From positions 24,490-88,489 of the forward strand of contig SLDR01000010.1 in assembly GCA_007125155.1 (NCBI GenBank): 64,000 nucleotides of DNA, written 5' to 3'. This document shows positions 1 through 10,042 of this stretch, piece after piece; within the stretch, counting starts at the first letter, position 1; the number at the start of each line of letters is the position of its first letter. A program made the position numbers and the translations under genes. The notes beneath the pieces were generated by a model. The model was not told where the DNA came from. It was given only the letters and a program-made list of their open reading frames with translations, and did no database searches. This DNA is from Candidatus Campbellbacteria bacterium (GTDB lineage Bacteria > Patescibacteriota > Minisyncoccia > Phycocordibacterales > CSBR16-193).

Positions 1-386
1 AAAAAAAGCTTATTTTCGCCCCAGATCCCTCTAAGTTCTTCCGCCTTCTCCTTTACACCCTTGTACATGATCAGCCGTCTTTCCAGGTCTTCTATACCTT
101 GCTCTTCCTCTTCGGTTAGGTCAAGAGAAGGAAGAAGGGATCTTGATTTTATAAGTATCAAGGTGGAGGCGACGAATATGAAGTGGGCGCTTTCTCGCAG
201 AGGAAATCGACCTTGCTTTTGTATATACGCTATAAAATCATCAGCCACCTGAGACAGGGCGATGTCATTTATAAAGAGCTTTCTTTTTTCTATCAGATCG
301 AGAAGAACGTCAAATGGACCGCTAAAGATCTCGGTTTTTACGTTGTAGACCTTGGTCCCACTGACTGTTTCTCGATCTACGCCCAT
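1..386 (-). CDS. scpA: Segregation and condensation protein A, N-terminal part (runs off the window edge)
   Basis: Manual translation from ATG at 386: MGVDRETVSGTKVYNVKTEIFSGPFDVLLDLIEKRKLFINDIALSQVADDFIAYI...FIFVASTLILIKSRSLLP, matching the ScpA F-x-GP-x-D-x-LL-x-LI and L-x-x-KSR-x-LLP motifs. Not in the ORF track. Confidence 0.9.
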   Translation of the reverse strand, partial: MGVDRETVSGTKVYNVKTEIFSGPFDVLLDLIEKRKLFINDIALSQVADDFIAYIQKQGRFPLRESAHFIFVASTLILIKSRSLLPSLDLTEEEEQGIEDLERRLIMYKGVKEKAEELRGIWGENKLF

Positions 387-477
387 TTTTTAAATATAGC
401 GCGAAAGATACCTTTATTCAATGTTTTCTACTTTTTCTGTCATTTTTGTTCGCCGTTGACTCGGTAGAGATAGATCT

Positions 478-486
478 TGTGGATAA
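478..486 (-). promoter_or_regulatory. Perfect DnaA box (TGTGGATAA = TTATCCACA on the minus strand)
   Basis: Exact 9-mer consensus between the divergent scpA and candidate ncRNA promoters. Confidence 0.55.
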
Positions 487-491
487 TTGAA

Positions 492-519
492 TTTGCAAAT
501 TATCTATGCGTTGTATAAT
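492..519 (+). promoter_or_regulatory. Sigma70 promoter for the candidate ncRNA
   Basis: TTGCAA (493-498) and a perfect TATAAT (514-519). The spacer is short (15-16 nt). Predicted +1 is about 526-528. Confidence 0.6.
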
Positions 520-526
520 TCTAAGT

Positions 527-773
527 AGGGACCTTTGAGAAGCGAATCGCAAAAACGATTCAGTTGTTTAAAATGACCTAAAGCTGTTCGGAAAAGATGT
601 GATTACCTACGGGGAAAGCCGGACATACCGAGGATTCGATATATCTTCTAAAGCGCGCGGAAGATGAAGGTTACTACCTACGGGGAAAGCCGTCGGAAAC
701 AAAGATGTCATTTCCGAAAGTGGACACTCAAGGGTGTTCGGTTTATCTTAAATAACAAACTTTTCAAGGTCCT
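527..773 (+). ncRNA. Candidate structured non-coding RNA of unknown family
   Basis: Closing stem 529-542/760-772, second long-range stem 563-571/748-756 and several internal hairpins. An exact 18-nt repeat TACCTACGGGGAAAGCCG occurs at 604-621 and 675-692. No long ORF; flanked by a promoter and a terminator. Confidence 0.7.
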
Positions 774-774
774 G

Positions 775-846
775 AACAAAAGCCCCGCCGAGCGGGTCTT
801 TTGTTTTTAAAACAAAAGACCCGTCTATTTTTTAAAGACGGGTCTT
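775..846. terminator. Two back-to-back intrinsic terminators (ncRNA on +, ORF 857..1075 on -)
   Basis: AACAAAAGCCCCGC-CGA-GCGGGTCTTTTGTT (775-805) and AAGACCCGTCT...AGACGGGTCTT (816-846). Confidence 0.75.
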
Positions 847-856
847 AAAATGTGGA

Positions 857-1075
857 TCATAGTCCGATCTTGCTTTTGCTCAGCACCCTGAGAAGTGGGG
901 ACGAGACTTTCACATGTCTGGTTTTGACATGATCTAAAACCGTGATCGACTTGACCTTCAGACATATGTCAGGTCCGTGATCGATCTTTTCCAGATCAAC
1001 TACTCCCTCGATCGCGACGTCCTTAAAGTCTGTTTTTCCCCTGTTCGCCTCCTTGATGAAAACTTCAGCTTCCAT
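857..1075 (-). CDS. Small hypothetical protein (72 aa)
   Basis: GGGAGG RBS (1081-1086), upstream boxA-like motif, TTTACT-17-TTTAAT promoter and a downstream terminator. Confidence 0.7.
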   Translation of the reverse strand: MEAEVFIKEANRGKTDFKDVAIEGVVDLEKIDHGPDICLKVKSITVLDHVKTRHVKVSSPLLRVLSKSKIGL

Positions 1076-1100
1076 TATTACCTCCCATGAGTATTACTTT

Positions 1101-1112
1101 TTTATAAAGAAC
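1101..1112 (-). promoter_or_regulatory. boxA-like element GTTCTTTATAAA
   Basis: Between the promoter and RBS of ORF 857..1075; resembles rrn boxA (GCTCTTTAACAA / GTTCTTTGAAAA). Confidence 0.55.
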
Positions 1113-1278
1113 TTTATTGACGACTCGAAACATTAAAGCATGAAATAATAAATAAGTAAATAGCTTGAAAACATAGCGATCCGGGTCTTTTAGGGCCGAC
1201 TCCTTAAGGGCGATCGGATTGACAAATCGGCATCTATGATAAAGAATTCCAAAAGGTCTTGGAACAACAAACAACATT

Positions 1279-1290
1279 GATCTTTAAAAG
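1279..1290 (+). promoter_or_regulatory. boxA-like element GATCTTTAAAAG
   Basis: Downstream of TTGACA (1219-1224) and abutting the AGGAGG RBS of ORF 1303..1878. Confidence 0.5.
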
Positions 1291-1302
1291 GAGGTTTTTG
1301 AG

Positions 1303-1878
1303 GTGACAAAAAAAATGAGAGAACAGGATCTACTCGAAAGGCAGGTTGGACTTTTGAACATGTGCAAAGCAAACAGGGACCATGAAAGAAGGTCTTATGA
1401 AAAGGTATTAAGATCAGCCGATTCTCCCATTGAGTGCTTCTACGTGGCGTGTTCTTCATTCTGCGATCTTGATCTTAAGTGGCGAGCACTTGCGAAAGCG
1501 GAAAAAATGTTGGCCTATGAACTCGGTTCAAGAAAGGTCGCAGCTGAAGTAATGACGAGTTCATACATATCATTGATAGAGCAAGAGTTCAAGCGCATGC
1601 TTTTTTTTGAAAAGAGGATCCAAGAACTTGATGATATGCTTATTTCGGCAAAGTCTTTCGAAGAATGTTTGAGTGTATTCCTCAGATCCTTATTCGTTTT
1701 CGATAAATTCAAGAATCTCGAAATGGGGATGGCTTGTAGGGATCTGAGTATAAGAGCTCTTGGAAAAGCGAAAACTCATGTATTGAACAAAAAGCAAAGA
1801 CACCATCTCCGGGACTGTTTCAGATACTTTCGATATTTGACCGATGAGAATGCCGATGAAGCTGAAGTTTCTGAATAA
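1303..1878 (+). CDS. Hypothetical helical protein (191 aa)
   Basis: Long ORF with an AGGAGG RBS, a TTGACA promoter and a terminator at 1892-1925. Confidence 0.75.
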   Translation: MTKKMREQDLLERQVGLLNMCKANRDHERRSYEKVLRSADSPIECFYVACSSFCDLDLKWRALAKAEKMLAYELGSRKVAAEVMTSSYISLIEQEFKRMLFFEKRIQELDDMLISAKSFEECLSVFLRSLFVFDKFKNLEMGMACRDLSIRALGKAKTHVLNKKQRHHLRDCFRYFRYLTDENADEAEVSE

Positions 1879-1891
1879 TGATGTTCATTTC

Positions 1892-1925
1892 AACCACCCG
1901 AATGTAAAAATTCGGGTGGTTTTTA
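1892..1925 (+). terminator. Intrinsic terminator
   Basis: AACCACCCGAAT-GTAAAA-ATTCGGGTGGTT followed by a T-run. Confidence 0.8.
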
Positions 1926-1937
1926 TTTGCCGTCGTC

Positions 1938-2954
1938 TTAAGAGAATCCCAAAAGGGCGGATATGAATATGACATAGAATAATACGTAAAAAGCCCCTTC
2001 CCACGAATTTATGTTCTTTGAGATGCCGGATAGCACAAAAAGGAATGTCGCTATCGCCAAAAAAGGCAGTCCGACCGAATATGTCTGATCATCAAGTTCG
2101 ACTCTGAAGAAAAGAGCCGGCAGGCCAACAACAACCATCATATTGAATGCGTTCGATCCAAAAATGTTACCTAGGGCCACATCAAAGCGTTTCATTAGCG
2201 CCGCCTTGATCGATACCAGAAGTTCAGGTAAAGAAGTTCCTATGGCAACGGCGGTTATGGTGATGGCCCCTACCCCCATCCCGAGGATCACAGACAGTGA
2301 TATGACCGAATCTACCAAATACTTGGAGCTAATTCCAAGTATGGCAACACCGATGACGAACATCATCATGTCATTGATCTTCAAACTCGGTCTTTCTACC
2401 GGTCTATTCTTATGACATTCCTTCATCGACAGATGGCTTGTGTGGTCTCTCCTGTCGGCCCTGGAGGGCAGTTTTTCGACTTCTTTGTTATTATTCTTGT
2501 CCCCGTCCTTGAAGGCGTAAAGGATGTATATTACATATACCAGGAGCATTATTATCGCTTCAAAAAAGGTTATTATGCCGTCCCAGGCAACTGCAAGAAA
2601 TATCGCGGTGCCGATGGCCAAAAGAGGAAGCTCGGTATTAATAAGACTTTTGGTAGCCACTAAACGTCCCGCCACCACGGCCGAGAATCCAACAACCAAA
2701 AGGATATTGGCCAGATTCGATCCAACGGCGTTCGCCGGCGCGAATTCTGTCAGACCCTTATAAGCCGCAAAGAACGAAGCGATCAATTCAGGGAATGAGG
2801 TTCCCAGACTTACTATGAGAACACCTACAATGAAGGGTGATAGGCCGATGGCTAAACCGATCTTCTCAGACCCCTTAAGAAGCCAGTCCGCGCCCTTGAC
2901 CAGTCCCAAGATCGAGATGAGAAAAATGATAGTCCATATAATAAGGGATTCCAT
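1938..2954 (-). CDS. Calcium/sodium antiporter (YrbG/CaCA family)
   Basis: Two alpha repeats (GTSFPE...GSNLAN and GTSLPE...GSNAFN) and about 10 TM helices. Confidence 0.92.
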   Translation of the reverse strand: MESLIIWTIIFLISILGLVKGADWLLKGSEKIGLAIGLSPFIVGVLIVSLGTSFPELIASFFAAYKGLTEFAPANAVGSNLANILLVVGFSAVVAGRLVATKSLINTELPLLAIGTAIFLAVAWDGIITFFEAIIMLLVYVIYILYAFKDGDKNNNKEVEKLPSRADRRDHTSHLSMKECHKNRPVERPSLKINDMMMFVIGVAILGISSKYLVDSVISLSVILGMGVGAITITAVAIGTSLPELLVSIKAALMKRFDVALGNIFGSNAFNMMVVVGLPALFFRVELDDQTYSVGLPFLAIATFLFVLSGISKNINSWEGAFYVLFYVIFISALLGFS

Positions 2955-2966
2955 CTGTTCATTTTT

Positions 2967-4367
2967 TTACCCTTTCTTTTTCCTTTCGGTTTTTAGACCA
3001 AGTTCATTAAGTTGACCTTCCTCTATCTCCGACGGGATGTCCATCATAAGGTCCCTACCCTCTCCGGTCTTTGGAAAAGCTATCACTTCGCGGATACTTG
3101 ATTCTCCTTGAAGGACGGCAAGCAATCTATCCATTCCAACCGCTATCCCTCCGTGGGGAGGAACTCCGTAGCTGAAGGCGTCAAGCAAATGTGAGAATTC
3201 TTCTTGTTGCTTTTTGGAAAAACCGATCAGATCAAAAACGGTCTTTTGTACATCAGCTTCGTGAATACGAATGCTTCCACCGGCGATCTCAAATCCGTTA
3301 AGAGTAAGGTCAACTTGTTCGGAGATCACATCCTCCGGAGCGTCGGAAAGTTTTTTCAGGTCTTCTTTCCTTGGCGCTGTGAACATGTGGTGTTCAGGCA
3401 TCAAGTATCCAAGCTCACTTTTTTCTTTTTCAAAAAGCGGAAAGTCAACCACCCATGCGAAGCCGAGCTCGTTCGGATCATCGGGGTTTTTTCTTATATC
3501 AGGGCGATCGGAACCGTATTTCTCCATGATATCTTTGTGGTTCAAACGAGGCCAAGGGGTCTCGGTCATGTGTTTATTCGGGAAGAGTTCGGTTATCATC
3601 TTGGTGAACATCTCTTCCACGAGAGCCATTACATCCTCTCTGTCAATGAATGAGCATTCGATGTCAAGTTGAGTGAATTCCGGCTGTCGATCTCCTCTGG
3701 TGTCTTCATCCCTCATACAACGTGCGATCTGGAAGTACCTTTCAAATCCACCTATCATCAGAAGTTGTTTATACTGCTGAGGAGATTGAGGAAGTGCGTA
3801 GAATGACCCCCTGTAAATCCTTGAAGGTACGACATAGTCACGTGCCCCTTCAGGGGTCGAACGGGTCAAGATGGGTGTCTCTATTTCAATGAAGTCCTTT
3901 TTTATAAGAAAGTTCCTTGTAAAGTTGTTCACGGAAGATCTTGTTCTGATATTATCTTGAATGCGTTTCCTTCTGATATCCAGGTACCTGTATTTCATTC
4001 TTATCTCCTCATTTACCTCGTAGCCGTCCGTTGAAAGATCGAATGGCGGTGTGTCTGATTCGGAAATGATCTCCAATGAGGTCAGTTCCATTTCGATGTT
4101 ACCCAACGGTTCATCGGGATTGATCATTTTGTCCGGTCTGCTTTTGACTTCCCCTTCAGCGGACACTATCCACTCTGGGCGGACTTGATCGGCAAGGGAG
4201 TGAACGTTCTCAGGCTTAGGCAAGACCACAACCTGAACTTTTCCTGTCTCGTCCCTGATGTCCAAAAAGATAAGCTTTCCGTGGTCACGACGTATATCTA
4301 TCCTTCCCAGAAGTTTGACGGTGTCACCGATCTTTTCTTTTAGGTTCTTTATCTTGGTTCGTTTCAT
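2967..4367 (-). CDS. aspS: Aspartate--tRNA ligase, short form lacking the GAD insertion
   Basis: OB-fold RRDHGKLIFLDIRD; STPEGARDY, LPQSPQQYKQLLM, RQPEFTQLD, PPHGGIAVGMDR motifs. Confidence 0.97.
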   Translation of the reverse strand: MKRTKIKNLKEKIGDTVKLLGRIDIRRDHGKLIFLDIRDETGKVQVVVLPKPENVHSLADQVRPEWIVSAEGEVKSRPDKMINPDEPLGNIEMELTSLEIISESDTPPFDLSTDGYEVNEEIRMKYRYLDIRRKRIQDNIRTRSSVNNFTRNFLIKKDFIEIETPILTRSTPEGARDYVVPSRIYRGSFYALPQSPQQYKQLLMIGGFERYFQIARCMRDEDTRGDRQPEFTQLDIECSFIDREDVMALVEEMFTKMITELFPNKHMTETPWPRLNHKDIMEKYGSDRPDIRKNPDDPNELGFAWVVDFPLFEKEKSELGYLMPEHHMFTAPRKEDLKKLSDAPEDVISEQVDLTLNGFEIAGGSIRIHEADVQKTVFDLIGFSKKQQEEFSHLLDAFSYGVPPHGGIAVGMDRLLAVLQGESSIREVIAFPKTGEGRDLMMDIPSEIEEGQLNELGLKTERKKKG

Positions 4368-5791
4368 GTTCCTTTTTTAATGTTATTTAAATAGTCCAGG
4401 AGAAGGATGATCGGGGCCCCCAATGATCCCTTAGCCAGATTATCGTGTTCTCCGGCTTCCATTCTCGGAGCAATGTCGATATGAGCCCATGAATCAGTAT
4501 ATTCCGTGAACTCTTTCAGGAAAGCGGCCGCACTACAGGCTCCGCCGTTCGGAGATTTTCTACTTGCGTTCACAAGGTCGGTGAATTCCCCTTTCATATC
4601 TTTACCGTATTCGTAACTCATCGGCATATGCCAAACTCTCTCGCCGGTCCTTTCTCCGGATCTTAAGAGCGCGTTCTTGAGGTCTTCGTTATCGGAGAAT
4701 AACGCGGAATATTTATCTCCCAAAGATACGACAGAGGCCCCGGTCAAGGTGGCTGTATCAATTACTGTCTTTGGCTTGAATCTCTTTAAATAATTTAATG
4801 CATCGGCCAATACAAGCCGTCCTTCGGCATCGGTATTTATCACTTCTACAGTTTTTCCGGACATCATGGTAAGTATATCTCCCGGCTTGTAGCTTGAGCC
4901 GGAAACAACATTTTCCACTGCGGGTATTACGGCCACGATATTGAGCTTCATTTTAAGTCTGGCTGCCGCTATGACGGTATGTATGACCGCGCCTCCTCCG
5001 CTCATATCCATATGCATTCCCAAGGAAGCTCCACCCGGTTTTAAGTTTATTCCTCCGGTATCGAAGGTTATACCTTTACCCGCCAGAGCAATGGGTTGCT
5101 CGTCGCTCTTTGTTCCGTTGTATTTCATAACTATCAGGTAAGGTCCATCATCAGAGCCTCTGCCAACACCCAATATTCCCTCCATTTTCAGGGAGGATAT
5201 CTTTTTTTTATCCAGTATCGTTACTTTGACTCCCGTATCTTTGGCTGCTTTTTTCACTTCTTTTACCAAGAAACTCGGTGAAAGCTCGGTCCCCGGGGTG
5301 TTGCACAAAAAACGCGCTTTGTTAATTTCTTCTCCCGCGATCACGCCCTTTTCGATACCGGCCCTGAAGTCTTTTGAGATATCCCCGAAGATCGTTAAAA
5401 AACTTATTCGTTTTTCCCTAGAATTCTTGTCGCTCTTTCGGTGATCAAAAGAAAAATCAGCCATAAGCGCATTGACTGCGAACAGAAAACCCGCATGTTG
5501 ATCATTGATATCCATCACACTGACGGAATGTTTTATGTCGTCGTATGATATGCCAATGTCCGTGACATGCGATTCCTTCGCCATCCTGAGCGCGCGGCGT
5601 AGCGTGTAGACGTATCTTTGAAGATCAAGATCCTTATTGGCCGGTATCTCAATGTTTAATTCCACTCTACCGTCCTCATACTCCTTAAGCCCGGTTTTGT
5701 TCTTTTCACTGAATATCAGCCTGACTATTCGCCGGGGAGCATTAGAGATCTGTTTTTTAGTGAATCTAATTTTCATACTTTTACTTATCAC
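4364..5791 (-). CDS. pepA: Leucyl aminopeptidase (M17 family)
   Basis: GKGITFDTGG, DMSGG, NTDAEGRL, DTATLTGA and WAHIDIA motifs. Confidence 0.95.
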   Translation of the reverse strand: MISKSMKIRFTKKQISNAPRRIVRLIFSEKNKTGLKEYEDGRVELNIEIPANKDLDLQRYVYTLRRALRMAKESHVTDIGISYDDIKHSVSVMDINDQHAGFLFAVNALMADFSFDHRKSDKNSREKRISFLTIFGDISKDFRAGIEKGVIAGEEINKARFLCNTPGTELSPSFLVKEVKKAAKDTGVKVTILDKKKISSLKMEGILGVGRGSDDGPYLIVMKYNGTKSDEQPIALAGKGITFDTGGINLKPGGASLGMHMDMSGGGAVIHTVIAAARLKMKLNIVAVIPAVENVVSGSSYKPGDILTMMSGKTVEVINTDAEGRLVLADALNYLKRFKPKTVIDTATLTGASVVSLGDKYSALFSDNEDLKNALLRSGERTGERVWHMPMSYEYGKDMKGEFTDLVNASRKSPNGGACSAAAFLKEFTEYTDSWAHIDIAPRMEAGEHDNLAKGSLGAPIILLLDYLNNIKKGT

Positions 5792-6777
5792 TCGGAAAAA
5801 AGTATTCCCATCGAACTTCTTACTTCCTTAATGGTCGATCTCGCTCTCTGCCCCGCTTTCCGGGCACCCTCACTCAATATCCTCTCGACCTCCTCGGGCT
5901 TCTTTTCATACTTTTGTCGTCTTTCCCTGAATGGTTGGGTATAAGCGCTCAGTTTTTCGGAGAGGAGGTCCTTGCTTTCCTTGTATCCAATTCCGCCTTT
6001 AATGTATCTCTCTTTTAATGAAGTTGTCTCTTTATGCGAGGCCACCAGAGAGTATAGCTTAAAGACGGAACAACTATCAGGGTCTTTGGGTTCGTCGACA
6101 CCCTTTGAATCCGTTGGGATCTTCATTACCGCTTGATTTATATCTTCCGGCTCTGCGAACAGAGATATCGTGTTACCGTAGCTTTTACTCATTTTTCTGC
6201 CGTCGGTACCCGGAATGGTGCCGACGGGCCCGAGTATGATCCCTTCCGGGACAGGAAAGACCTCTTTATAGGTTGAATTGAATTTTTCAGCCACATCTCG
6301 GGCATATTCTATATGCTGGCGTTGGTCCTCGCCGACCGGAACGAATTGCGCTTTGTGTATCAGTATATCGGCGGCCATTAGTATTGGGTAATCAAAGGTT
6401 CCGGCGTTCACTTCCTCCTTTTTGGACTGAGCGTCCTTATAAGCATGTGCCCTCATAAGGTAGGAGACATTGATGATACAGTTGAAATACCAGCAGAGCT
6501 CAGTCACTTCCGGTATATCGGATTGTTTATAAAAACATATTTTATCAGGGTCGATACCGGCACCAAGGCAATCGAGTGCCAGAGAGCGAGTGTTATCAAG
6601 AAATAAAGAAGCATCCTTAACGCTCGTCATTGCATGTAGGTCGGCAATAAAAAAAGTGCAGTGGTACTTATCTTTAAGTTCTATAACCTGCCTTATTGAG
6701 CCTAAGAAATTACCAAGATGCAAGTTTCCGGTGGGTTTCATTCCTGATACGAGTATCGGTTTAGTGTTCTTTTTCAT
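5788..6777 (-). CDS. trpS: Tryptophan--tRNA ligase
   Basis: SGMKPTGNLHLGN, YPILMAADIL, VPVGEDQRQH and KMSKS motifs. Confidence 0.97.
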   Translation of the reverse strand: MKKNTKPILVSGMKPTGNLHLGNFLGSIRQVIELKDKYHCTFFIADLHAMTSVKDASLFLDNTRSLALDCLGAGIDPDKICFYKQSDIPEVTELCWYFNCIINVSYLMRAHAYKDAQSKKEEVNAGTFDYPILMAADILIHKAQFVPVGEDQRQHIEYARDVAEKFNSTYKEVFPVPEGIILGPVGTIPGTDGRKMSKSYGNTISLFAEPEDINQAVMKIPTDSKGVDEPKDPDSCSVFKLYSLVASHKETTSLKERYIKGGIGYKESKDLLSEKLSAYTQPFRERRQKYEKKPEEVERILSEGARKAGQRARSTIKEVRSSMGILFSE

Positions 6778-6899
6778 GACTTGAATTTTTTTATTTCATA
6801 CTATCATAAAAGAAAAAAAAACCGAATATCTCGGTTTTTTTTATGAATTGATCTTTGGGTTTTATTGTCTTAGGCGAACATTGATATCCGCCCATCTAC

Positions 6900-7979
6900 T
6901 CATATCCCTTCATTTTTCAACTCCTCGATCGTCTTTCTTGCTCGTCTTGAGATCTTCTTCGGCATTGTTATTTTTATCGTAACCAACAGATCACCTCGTC
7001 CCGATCTGGAACCGGGAACCCCTTTTCCGCGAACTCTCAGGACCTCGTTGAACCCAATTCCGGCCGGGATCTTAATGTCAATCCTTCCGTCAAGGGTTTC
7101 GATGGTGTATGTGGATCCAAGAAGCGCATCGGAGAGCTTTATGTTCAGATCCATTCTGAGATCGTCTTTATCTCTCTGGAAGATCGGATGCTTTTTGACG
7201 TGAACTTTGGCGTAAAGGTCTCCTGTTACACCTCCGGGCACCGCTTCTCCCATTCCCGAAAGTCTTATCATCTCTCCGTCTTCGACACCGGCGGGTACGT
7301 TGATGTTTATCTCTTCCTCTTTCCTGTAAACACCTGTTCCTTGGCACTGCTTACACTTGACTTTCGGAACCTTACCTTTCCCGAAACAGACCCCGCAAAC
7401 TTTTTCTGTAGTGATCGTACCTAACAGCGACCGTCTTGATTCTCTGATCTTACCGCGACCGTTGCAAGTTGGACAGGTTACCGTGTCGCTTTCCTTCTCC
7501 GCCCCACTTCCTCCGCAAAGGTCACATGTCGAATTCTTTTGGATAAGTATTGAACGATTTGTTCCAAATATGGATTCCTCGAATGAAAGTTCTATATCTA
7601 TCGCAATATCCCTACCGCGTGAGGTCTGATCCCTTTTTCTTCCGAAGAAATCCCCGAATATATCTCCAATGTCGAAATCATCGAATCCCTGGGCCTCTTT
7701 GAATCCGCCAAATCCGGAAAAATCAAAACCCTCAAAACCGGATGCGTATTGATCGGCATTATTTCCCCCTCCGGAGAAAACTCGGCCATATGTATCATAC
7801 TCGGAACGTTTTTGGTCATTGGACAGGATCTGATAAGCCTCATTTATCTCTTTGAATTTTTCCTCGTCTCCGGATTTTTTATCAGGGTGGTATTTATGAG
7901 CAAGCTTTCGAAAGGCTTTCTTTATATCATCCTTGTTGGCACTTTTGTTGATCCCTAAAATTTGATAGTAATCCTTCAT
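6900..7979 (-). CDS. dnaJ: Chaperone DnaJ
   Basis: J-domain HPD, G/F-rich region and four CxxCxGxG repeats. Confidence 0.98.
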   Translation of the reverse strand: MKDYYQILGINKSANKDDIKKAFRKLAHKYHPDKKSGDEEKFKEINEAYQILSNDQKRSEYDTYGRVFSGGGNNADQYASGFEGFDFSGFGGFKEAQGFDDFDIGDIFGDFFGRKRDQTSRGRDIAIDIELSFEESIFGTNRSILIQKNSTCDLCGGSGAEKESDTVTCPTCNGRGKIRESRRSLLGTITTEKVCGVCFGKGKVPKVKCKQCQGTGVYRKEEEININVPAGVEDGEMIRLSGMGEAVPGGVTGDLYAKVHVKKHPIFQRDKDDLRMDLNIKLSDALLGSTYTIETLDGRIDIKIPAGIGFNEVLRVRGKGVPGSRSGRGDLLVTIKITMPKKISRRARKTIEELKNEGI

Positions 7980-8051
7980 AAGTTCACAGTATATACTTCT
8001 TCAGCCCGCCATTCAACTTAAGCTTGATCGTGGCAGATCCGGATCAATTTA

Positions 8052-10001
8052 TTACTTTTTGTTCTCGCTGTCTTCATTGTCGTCCTCTTTCTTTTCTTCA
8101 TAAGTGGCGTCTCTTACCGTTTCATCTTTTTTGTTATCTTCATCCCCCGGCGCACCTTGCGTCTCAGGCTGATCCGTACTTTTATCACTTCCACTTTGTT
8201 CATATTGCCCCAGTTTTGAAGATTCTTCGGTCAAAGATCGGGTCGCGGATTGAATACCCGAAAGATCCTCGGATGTCTTTATTTTGTTCAGTTCGTCTAT
8301 TTTTTCCTTTACCTTTTTTTTGACATCCTCAGGTATGTTGTCCCCTTTATCAGTGATCATTTTTTCCGCCTGATAGATCGCCTGGTCCGCCGTGTTACGA
8401 GTTTCAGCCAACTGCTTCTTTATTTCATCCTCCTTTTTATGTTCTTCCGCTTCTTTTCTCATCTTTTCTATCTCATCATCGCTGAGTCCCGTGCTGGCCT
8501 CTATCCTTATGGATTGGGCTTTGTCCGTCTTCTTGTCCTTGGCCGTTACATTCAGGATACCGTCTTTGTTGATGTCGAAGATAACTTCTATCTGAGGGAT
8601 ACCGCGTGGAGCCGGTTCTATACCGTCGAGTATGAATCTTCCAAGACTTTTATTGTCGGCCGCCATCGGTCTTTCGCCTTGCAATACGTTAATTTCAACC
8701 GAAGTCTGTCCGTCAACGGCGGTTGAGAATGTCTGTGATTGGGATGCGGGTATTGCGGTGTTCCTCTCTATCAGTTTAGTGGCAACTCCCCCCATTGTTT
8801 CAATTCCCAAGGACAGGGGTATAACATCGAGAAGTAGTACATCTTTGACCTCTCCCGAAAGAACCCCCGCCTGAATGGCCGCTCCGAGTGCGACGACCTC
8901 GTCGGGATTGATACTCTTGTTTGCCTCTTTGCCGAAATATTCCTTTACTCTTTCTTGTATTTTAGGCATCCTTGTTTGTCCTCCGACCAGTATGATCTCA
9001 TCTATCTCGTTCACTGAGAAAGGAGATGCCGCGATGGCCCTTTCGGTTATCTCCATGGCTCGGTCGATATACTCCTGCGCCAAGTTCTCGAGTGTTGCTC
9101 TTGTAAGTGTTATCAGGAGATGTTTGGGCCCTTCTTCATCGGAAGTAATAAAAGGAATGTTTATCTCCGTTTCAGTGGTGGTGGAGAGTTCATGTTTGGC
9201 CTTTTCTGCGGCTTCGTCAAGCCTTTGGAGCGCCAGTGCATCACCACGCACGTCAATGCCTGATTCTTTCTTGTACTCGTCAGCTATCCAGTTGATTATT
9301 TTTTGATCGATATCTCTCCCGCCCATATGGCTGTCGCCGTCTGTTGATTTCACTTCCACCGTTGACTCATCGTCATCATCTCCCACCTCCAGGACAGAGA
9401 TGTCGAATGTTCCCCCGCCGAAATCAAAAACCACCAATTTTTCGTTCTTCTTTTTGTTGAATCCATATGCCAGCGCAGCGGCAGTCGGTTCGTTTATGAT
9501 GCGCTTTACATCAAGTCCGGCGATCTTACCTGCGGCTTTGGTGGCTTTACGTTGGTCGTCATTGAAGTAGGCGGGAACCGTTATCACCGCTTCGCTTATT
9601 GTTTCTTTGAGTTTACTCTCCGCGTCACTTTTGAGTTTTTGCAGTATCATGCTGGATAATTCTTCGGTCCTGTACCACTTATCACCCATTTTGATCTCCA
9701 CTCCTCCTTTTTCAGATTTTCTCATCTCGAAGGAAACGTTCTCTTTGTCTCTTTGTACCGCCTCATCTTCGAAGTTGTGCCCAACAAGTCTCTTCATTCC
9801 GTAAACCGTGTTTTGAGGATTTGTTACAGCCTGCCTTTTTGCCAGAAGCCCGACAAGCCGGTCTCCTTTTTTAGATATGGCCACTATGGAAGGTGTTGTT
9901 CTGTTGCCTTCCGAGTTCTCGATTATACGGGGCTCGTTACCTTCCATTATTGCCACCGCAGAGTTTGTAGTACCAAGATCTATTCCAATTATTTTTCCCA
10001 T
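8052..10001 (-). CDS. dnaK: Chaperone DnaK (Hsp70)
   Basis: [17 protein letters not shown] and DFGGGTFD motifs. Confidence 0.99.
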   Translation of the reverse strand: MGKIIGIDLGTTNSAVAIMEGNEPRIIENSEGNRTTPSIVAISKKGDRLVGLLAKRQAVTNPQNTVYGMKRLVGHNFEDEAVQRDKENVSFEMRKSEKGGVEIKMGDKWYRTEELSSMILQKLKSDAESKLKETISEAVITVPAYFNDDQRKATKAAGKIAGLDVKRIINEPTAAALAYGFNKKKNEKLVVFDFGGGTFDISVLEVGDDDDESTVEVKSTDGDSHMGGRDIDQKIINWIADEYKKESGIDVRGDALALQRLDEAAEKAKHELSTTTETEINIPFITSDEEGPKHLLITLTRATLENLAQEYIDRAMEITERAIAASPFSVNEIDEIILVGGQTRMPKIQERVKEYFGKEANKSINPDEVVALGAAIQAGVLSGEVKDVLLLDVIPLSLGIETMGGVATKLIERNTAIPASQSQTFSTAVDGQTSVEINVLQGERPMAADNKSLGRFILDGIEPAPRGIPQIEVIFDINKDGILNVTAKDKKTDKAQSIRIEASTGLSDDEIEKMRKEAEEHKKEDEIKKQLAETRNTADQAIYQAEKMITDKGDNIPEDVKKKVKEKIDELNKIKTSEDLSGIQSATRSLTEESSKLGQYEQSGSDKSTDQPETQGAPGDEDNKKDETVRDATYEEKKEDDNEDSENKK

Positions 10002-10042
10002 ATTATTATATTAATGTTTTAATTATATGAATAAAAATATGA

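Noticed and set aside
604-692. The 18-nt direct repeat as a mini-CRISPR or a 16S rRNA fragment (CCTACGGG)
   Set aside because: Only two short copies and no cas genes. Similarity to 16S is limited to 8 nt.
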